Shown piece by piece: positions 60,972-64,000 of a stretch of DNA of 64,000 nucleotides (the first letter of the stretch is position 1; the number at the start of each line of letters is the position of its first letter). Source of the DNA: a bacterium (GTDB taxonomy: Bacteria > UBA8248 > JACPRG01 > G963555815); assembly GCA_963555815.3 (NCBI GenBank), contig CAUVWX020000001.1, positions 480,001-544,000 of the forward strand. Reading direction: 5' to 3'. Both the position numbers and the translations under genes were made by a program. Under the pieces are notes generated by a model, which saw nothing but the letters and a program-made list of their open reading frames with translations, ran no database searches and was not told where the DNA came from.

Positions 60972-62648
60972 TCATTCCAGGTATCCAAGGTCCCGAAGCC
61001 GCCGGAAGGCCGTGCCTTCCCACCCCTGGGCCGCCGAAGGCGTTTCTTCCCCTGTCACGGCAACGGGGACGGGATGAGGCTCAGGGGCGCTCAGGATTTC
61101 TTCCAAGACCCGACCGTCCATCCCCACCGAAGGGGTGATCCCCAAAAGAGCGAGAAGCGTCGGGGCAAAGTCCACAAGATGGGGGGTGAACTGGCACTTC
61201 CCCAGGCGCACCCCCTCACCTGAGAGGACAAAGAATCCCTCTGGTCGGTGTGAGCCGTTCATCCCCCGGCCCCTGGCCCCCTCCACTCCCTGGAGAGACC
61301 GAACGAAGGGGCCCTTGGAGCGGGCTGGACTTCGAAGGCAGGAGTAGCTATAGCCCTCGTCGAGGGCGAGCTCTAGGAGAATGTCAGGAACCCGGCCCAC
61401 AAAGGGACCCCAGTAAACCTCCTCTCGCCGAAGGGCCCGCTCAACGAGGCGCCTCCCCGTGACGGGGTGTCTGAGAACCTTTAAGCGGCTGATGATCTCC
61501 TCCCTCAGATTCTCATATTCCCTGCCAGGCTCCACCGTCCCCTGAGGCTCCCTCCCTCGAAGGTTGATCCAAAGAGAGGGGAAATAGCTCAGCTCCTCGG
61601 AATAGACCCGGGTCTTCGCCCATTTGATCTGGCCGAAACGCAAGCGGGACTCCAACCCATTTGCCAGCTTGCCTCCGCCTGCACGAAAGACCTGTTCTTG
61701 AACCCTCCTCGGGAGATAGCCGAGGCCCAGCGTCTTCAGGGCTGAAAGGGCCCGGTAGCCCGCCCCCACTTTTCGAAAGGTCAGATGGCCCTCCCCGGCC
61801 AGCCAAGCGTTTAAGTGGATAATCTGGTTTCCTGTCCCCCCCGCCCCGTGGTCCGATACGACGAGGACTGTGACGTCATCGGGCGCCTTTTGCAGCAGGG
61901 AACCGATGGCTGAATCCACACGACGGTAGACATCTCGGATGGCGTCTCCAAAGCGCCTCGCCCCCTCTGAGTCATATCGGGGAGAGGATGGGTCGAAGAA
62001 CTTCCAGAAATGATGGCATACCGTATCTGTCTGGCCGAAGACGACACAGAAGCAATCCCACGTTTCCCGGCCCAGGAGGTACTCCGCCACGCGAGTTTCC
62101 TGCTCCAGCGATTTCAGGATCTCTTGATAGGCCCGCTCGTGCCAGCCCTTTCCGATCCGATCCTCCCGGCAAGCCGAGAGGGGGAAGAGTCCCGCCTCCT
62201 TGATGACCTCCTGGTAGAGCCCTCGAGGATGAAAAAAACTCTCGTTGAGACGCCAGGCCAGGGGGGAGTCGAATCCGCTGACCATACAGCCGTTGACAGC
62301 TTCAGGGGGGTATGTGGCGGGCATGCCGACGACGGCGACTCTTCGGCCGGCCTCACTGAGGATCCCCCAAAGACTAGAACTTTGCCGGTCTCGGGAGCTG
62401 GCGAATCGGACGGCATAGCGGCCGCCCTCCCTCAAGGTGAAGTCCACGAGACCGTGCCGCCCGGGGTTCTGACCGGTCATAAAGGAGGTCCAGGCGGGAT
62501 AGGTGGAGGGGGGAAGGGTCGACCGGACTCGCCCATAGGCCCCCTCCTTGAGGAGACGGGCCAGATGGGGGAGATCTCCCGCTCGGGCCCACGGCTCGAT
62601 GAGGTCCAGGGTGCCGGCGTCGACGCCGATGATGAGGAGGCGTCTCAA
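60972..62648 (-). CDS. Alkaline phosphatase superfamily protein (nucleotide pyrophosphatase/phosphodiesterase type)
   Basis: IIGVDAG, STLPPSTYPAW, VSDHG, GSHRPEG, C-terminal RLRDLGYLE. Confidence 0.9.
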   Translation of the reverse strand: MRRLLIIGVDAGTLDLIEPWARAGDLPHLARLLKEGAYGRVRSTLPPSTYPAWTSFMTGQNPGRHGLVDFTLREGGRYAVRFASSRDRQSSSLWGILSEAGRRVAVVGMPATYPPEAVNGCMVSGFDSPLAWRLNESFFHPRGLYQEVIKEAGLFPLSACREDRIGKGWHERAYQEILKSLEQETRVAEYLLGRETWDCFCVVFGQTDTVCHHFWKFFDPSSPRYDSEGARRFGDAIRDVYRRVDSAIGSLLQKAPDDVTVLVVSDHGAGGTGNQIIHLNAWLAGEGHLTFRKVGAGYRALSALKTLGLGYLPRRVQEQVFRAGGGKLANGLESRLRFGQIKWAKTRVYSEELSYFPSLWINLRGREPQGTVEPGREYENLREEIISRLKVLRHPVTGRRLVERALRREEVYWGPFVGRVPDILLELALDEGYSYSCLRSPARSKGPFVRSLQGVEGARGRGMNGSHRPEGFFVLSGEGVRLGKCQFTPHLVDFAPTLLALLGITPSVGMDGRVLEEILSAPEPHPVPVAVTGEETPSAAQGWEGTAFRRLRDLGYLE

Positions 62649-63739
62649 GACCCAATCCCCTTCTTTGCCCCACTGGGGTCCACCGCGGTCTCTTCCTTAC
62701 CCACGGCTTCGCCCAAGACGCCTTCCGCGGCCCCGGCGACCTCCCCCTTACATTGATGATACGCGTGGGAGCGCAACAGGAAGATGAAGCCTCCGAGAAG
62801 GCTGATGAACCCGCCTACGAGAAAGCCGAGAAAGGCGAGGAGGATGGCAGCCTCCGCCTCGATCCCCACCCGAGTAAGGAAGAAGACAAAGGCCCCCTCA
62901 CGGACCCCGATCCCGGCCACAGAAAGAGGGATGACCGTCGCCGTGATCATCAGGGGCCCGACGAAGAGGATGTCCAAGGGCCTGACCGGGGCTTGCACCG
63001 AAAGGGCCGTCCCGTAATACATGAGCGTGGTCCCAAGGTGGACCAGAATAGCGAGCCCGACCGCCTGAACAATGAGGACCCGGTGGCGACGATAGATGGT
63101 GATGGTTTCGACGAAACGGCCCATCTTCTCCGCCCATCCTCCCGATTTCCACCTCCTGATGTCGACGAGTCGGCCAAAGAGCCCGGGAAAAAGGAGGAGG
63201 ATCAGGGACAGGGAGAGGGGAACACAAAAGATGAGGAGAAGGGAGAAGACCCCTTGCCTTCCAACAAACCTGGCGCCAGCAAATGAGGTGACTGCCACCA
63301 AAAAGGAGAGAGAGAACAGCCCGATCACCTTGTCTACCAATGTGACTGAAACCGAGGCCGCCGTTCGGCCGGAATACTTGGCCATGTCATACGTCCGATA
63401 GACGTCAAGGCCGATGGTGCTCGGCGTGAAGGTGCCGAAGAAACGGCCTTCGAGGAAGGAAGAGATGAGAACTTTTAAAGGGACGGCGAGATCCTGTCCC
63501 TTCAGAAGCAATCGCCACCGAAGGATGCTCGAGAATACCCCTCCCGCCTTGAAGAAGAGCGCCAGGAGGAGCCAGGCGGGGGCCATATCCCGGACGACGA
63601 CCCAAAGTCGATCAAAATCCACCTGCCAAAGGAGGGTGAGGATGAGCAGGACGCTCACCCCGACCTTCAAAAGGGTCCCCCAACCCCCTCGAAGGGCGTG
63701 GGAGACTCTTGTCACCAGACCTGCCATCTCAGTCCTCAT
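62645..63739 (-). CDS. Lysylphosphatidylglycerol-synthase-TM (UPF0104, flippase-like) membrane protein
   Basis: LRWRLLL, FTPSTIGLDVYR, PLSVAGIGVRE; multi-pass hydrophobic. Confidence 0.85.
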   Translation of the reverse strand: MRTEMAGLVTRVSHALRGGWGTLLKVGVSVLLILTLLWQVDFDRLWVVVRDMAPAWLLLALFFKAGGVFSSILRWRLLLKGQDLAVPLKVLISSFLEGRFFGTFTPSTIGLDVYRTYDMAKYSGRTAASVSVTLVDKVIGLFSLSFLVAVTSFAGARFVGRQGVFSLLLIFCVPLSLSLILLLFPGLFGRLVDIRRWKSGGWAEKMGRFVETITIYRRHRVLIVQAVGLAILVHLGTTLMYYGTALSVQAPVRPLDILFVGPLMITATVIPLSVAGIGVREGAFVFFLTRVGIEAEAAILLAFLGFLVGGFISLLGGFIFLLRSHAYHQCKGEVAGAAEGVLGEAVGKEETAVDPSGAKKGIGS

Positions 63740-64000
63740 ACCCCAGGGCCCGAAGGCGCTTCTCGATGGCGGAGGCCTCCTCGGGGAGATAGCCCTCAGA
63801 GGGAGTACCCTCAGGCGGCCGTGGACTTTCAGGAGCGCTCACCTCTTGGCCCCTCTTCTTGGGCTGAAAGTCCGCCTCAAAGATCTCAGACAAAGGCTTT
63901 CCGTCCATCTCTTTTGGGACGGAGAGGCCGAGACTATAGAGGATGGTGGGGGTGATGTCAGCGATGTGGGAGCCAGTGACCGGCCGGCCCGAGGCCACGT
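63729..64000 (-). CDS. C-terminal fragment of an alkaline phosphatase superfamily protein (5' end beyond window)
   Basis: DITPTILYSLG..MDGKPL and KRLRALGYED tail. Confidence 0.85.
   Translation of the reverse strand, partial: VASGRPVTGSHIADITPTILYSLGLSVPKEMDGKPLSEIFEADFQPKKRGQEVSAPESPRPPEGTPSEGYLPEEASAIEKRLRALGYED

Overview
High-GC bacterial chromosome segment from a diderm organism (Tol-Pal and AsmA present); the taxonomy cannot be fixed from this sequence alone. It is mostly housekeeping: slt/anmK peptidoglycan recycling, tolQRAB-pal-cpoB-asmA-apgM-ligA, pyk, acpS, dnaN, a LysM transglycosylase, a nuo operon, thyX and sat-cysC. No rRNA, tRNA, CRISPR or transposase was seen. Features the ORF track misses or splits: (1) a DsbA/FrnE-like gene with an in-frame TGA in a CxxU motif followed by a SECIS-like hairpin (probable selenoprotein); (2) a 53-aa SxtK/DUF5989-like gene completing an sxtJ-methyltransferase-sxtI-sxtK-like carbamoylation cassette; (3) an M28 peptidase broken by an in-frame TAA. 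The best candidate for an undescribed system is sat-cysC facing a cluster of alkaline-phosphatase-superfamily enzymes, a GT4 and a flippase-like protein. CysC and three AlkP-fold proteins in the window share a C-terminal (R/K)L(R/K)xLGYx(D/E) tail, which the AlkP enzyme nearest cysC lacks. Also notable are a complex I operon without nuoEFG and nuoI preceded by a G16 tract, a GAF-GAF-degenerate-GGDEF gene coupled to a stand-alone mreB, and a low-GC trypsin-like protease insertion.
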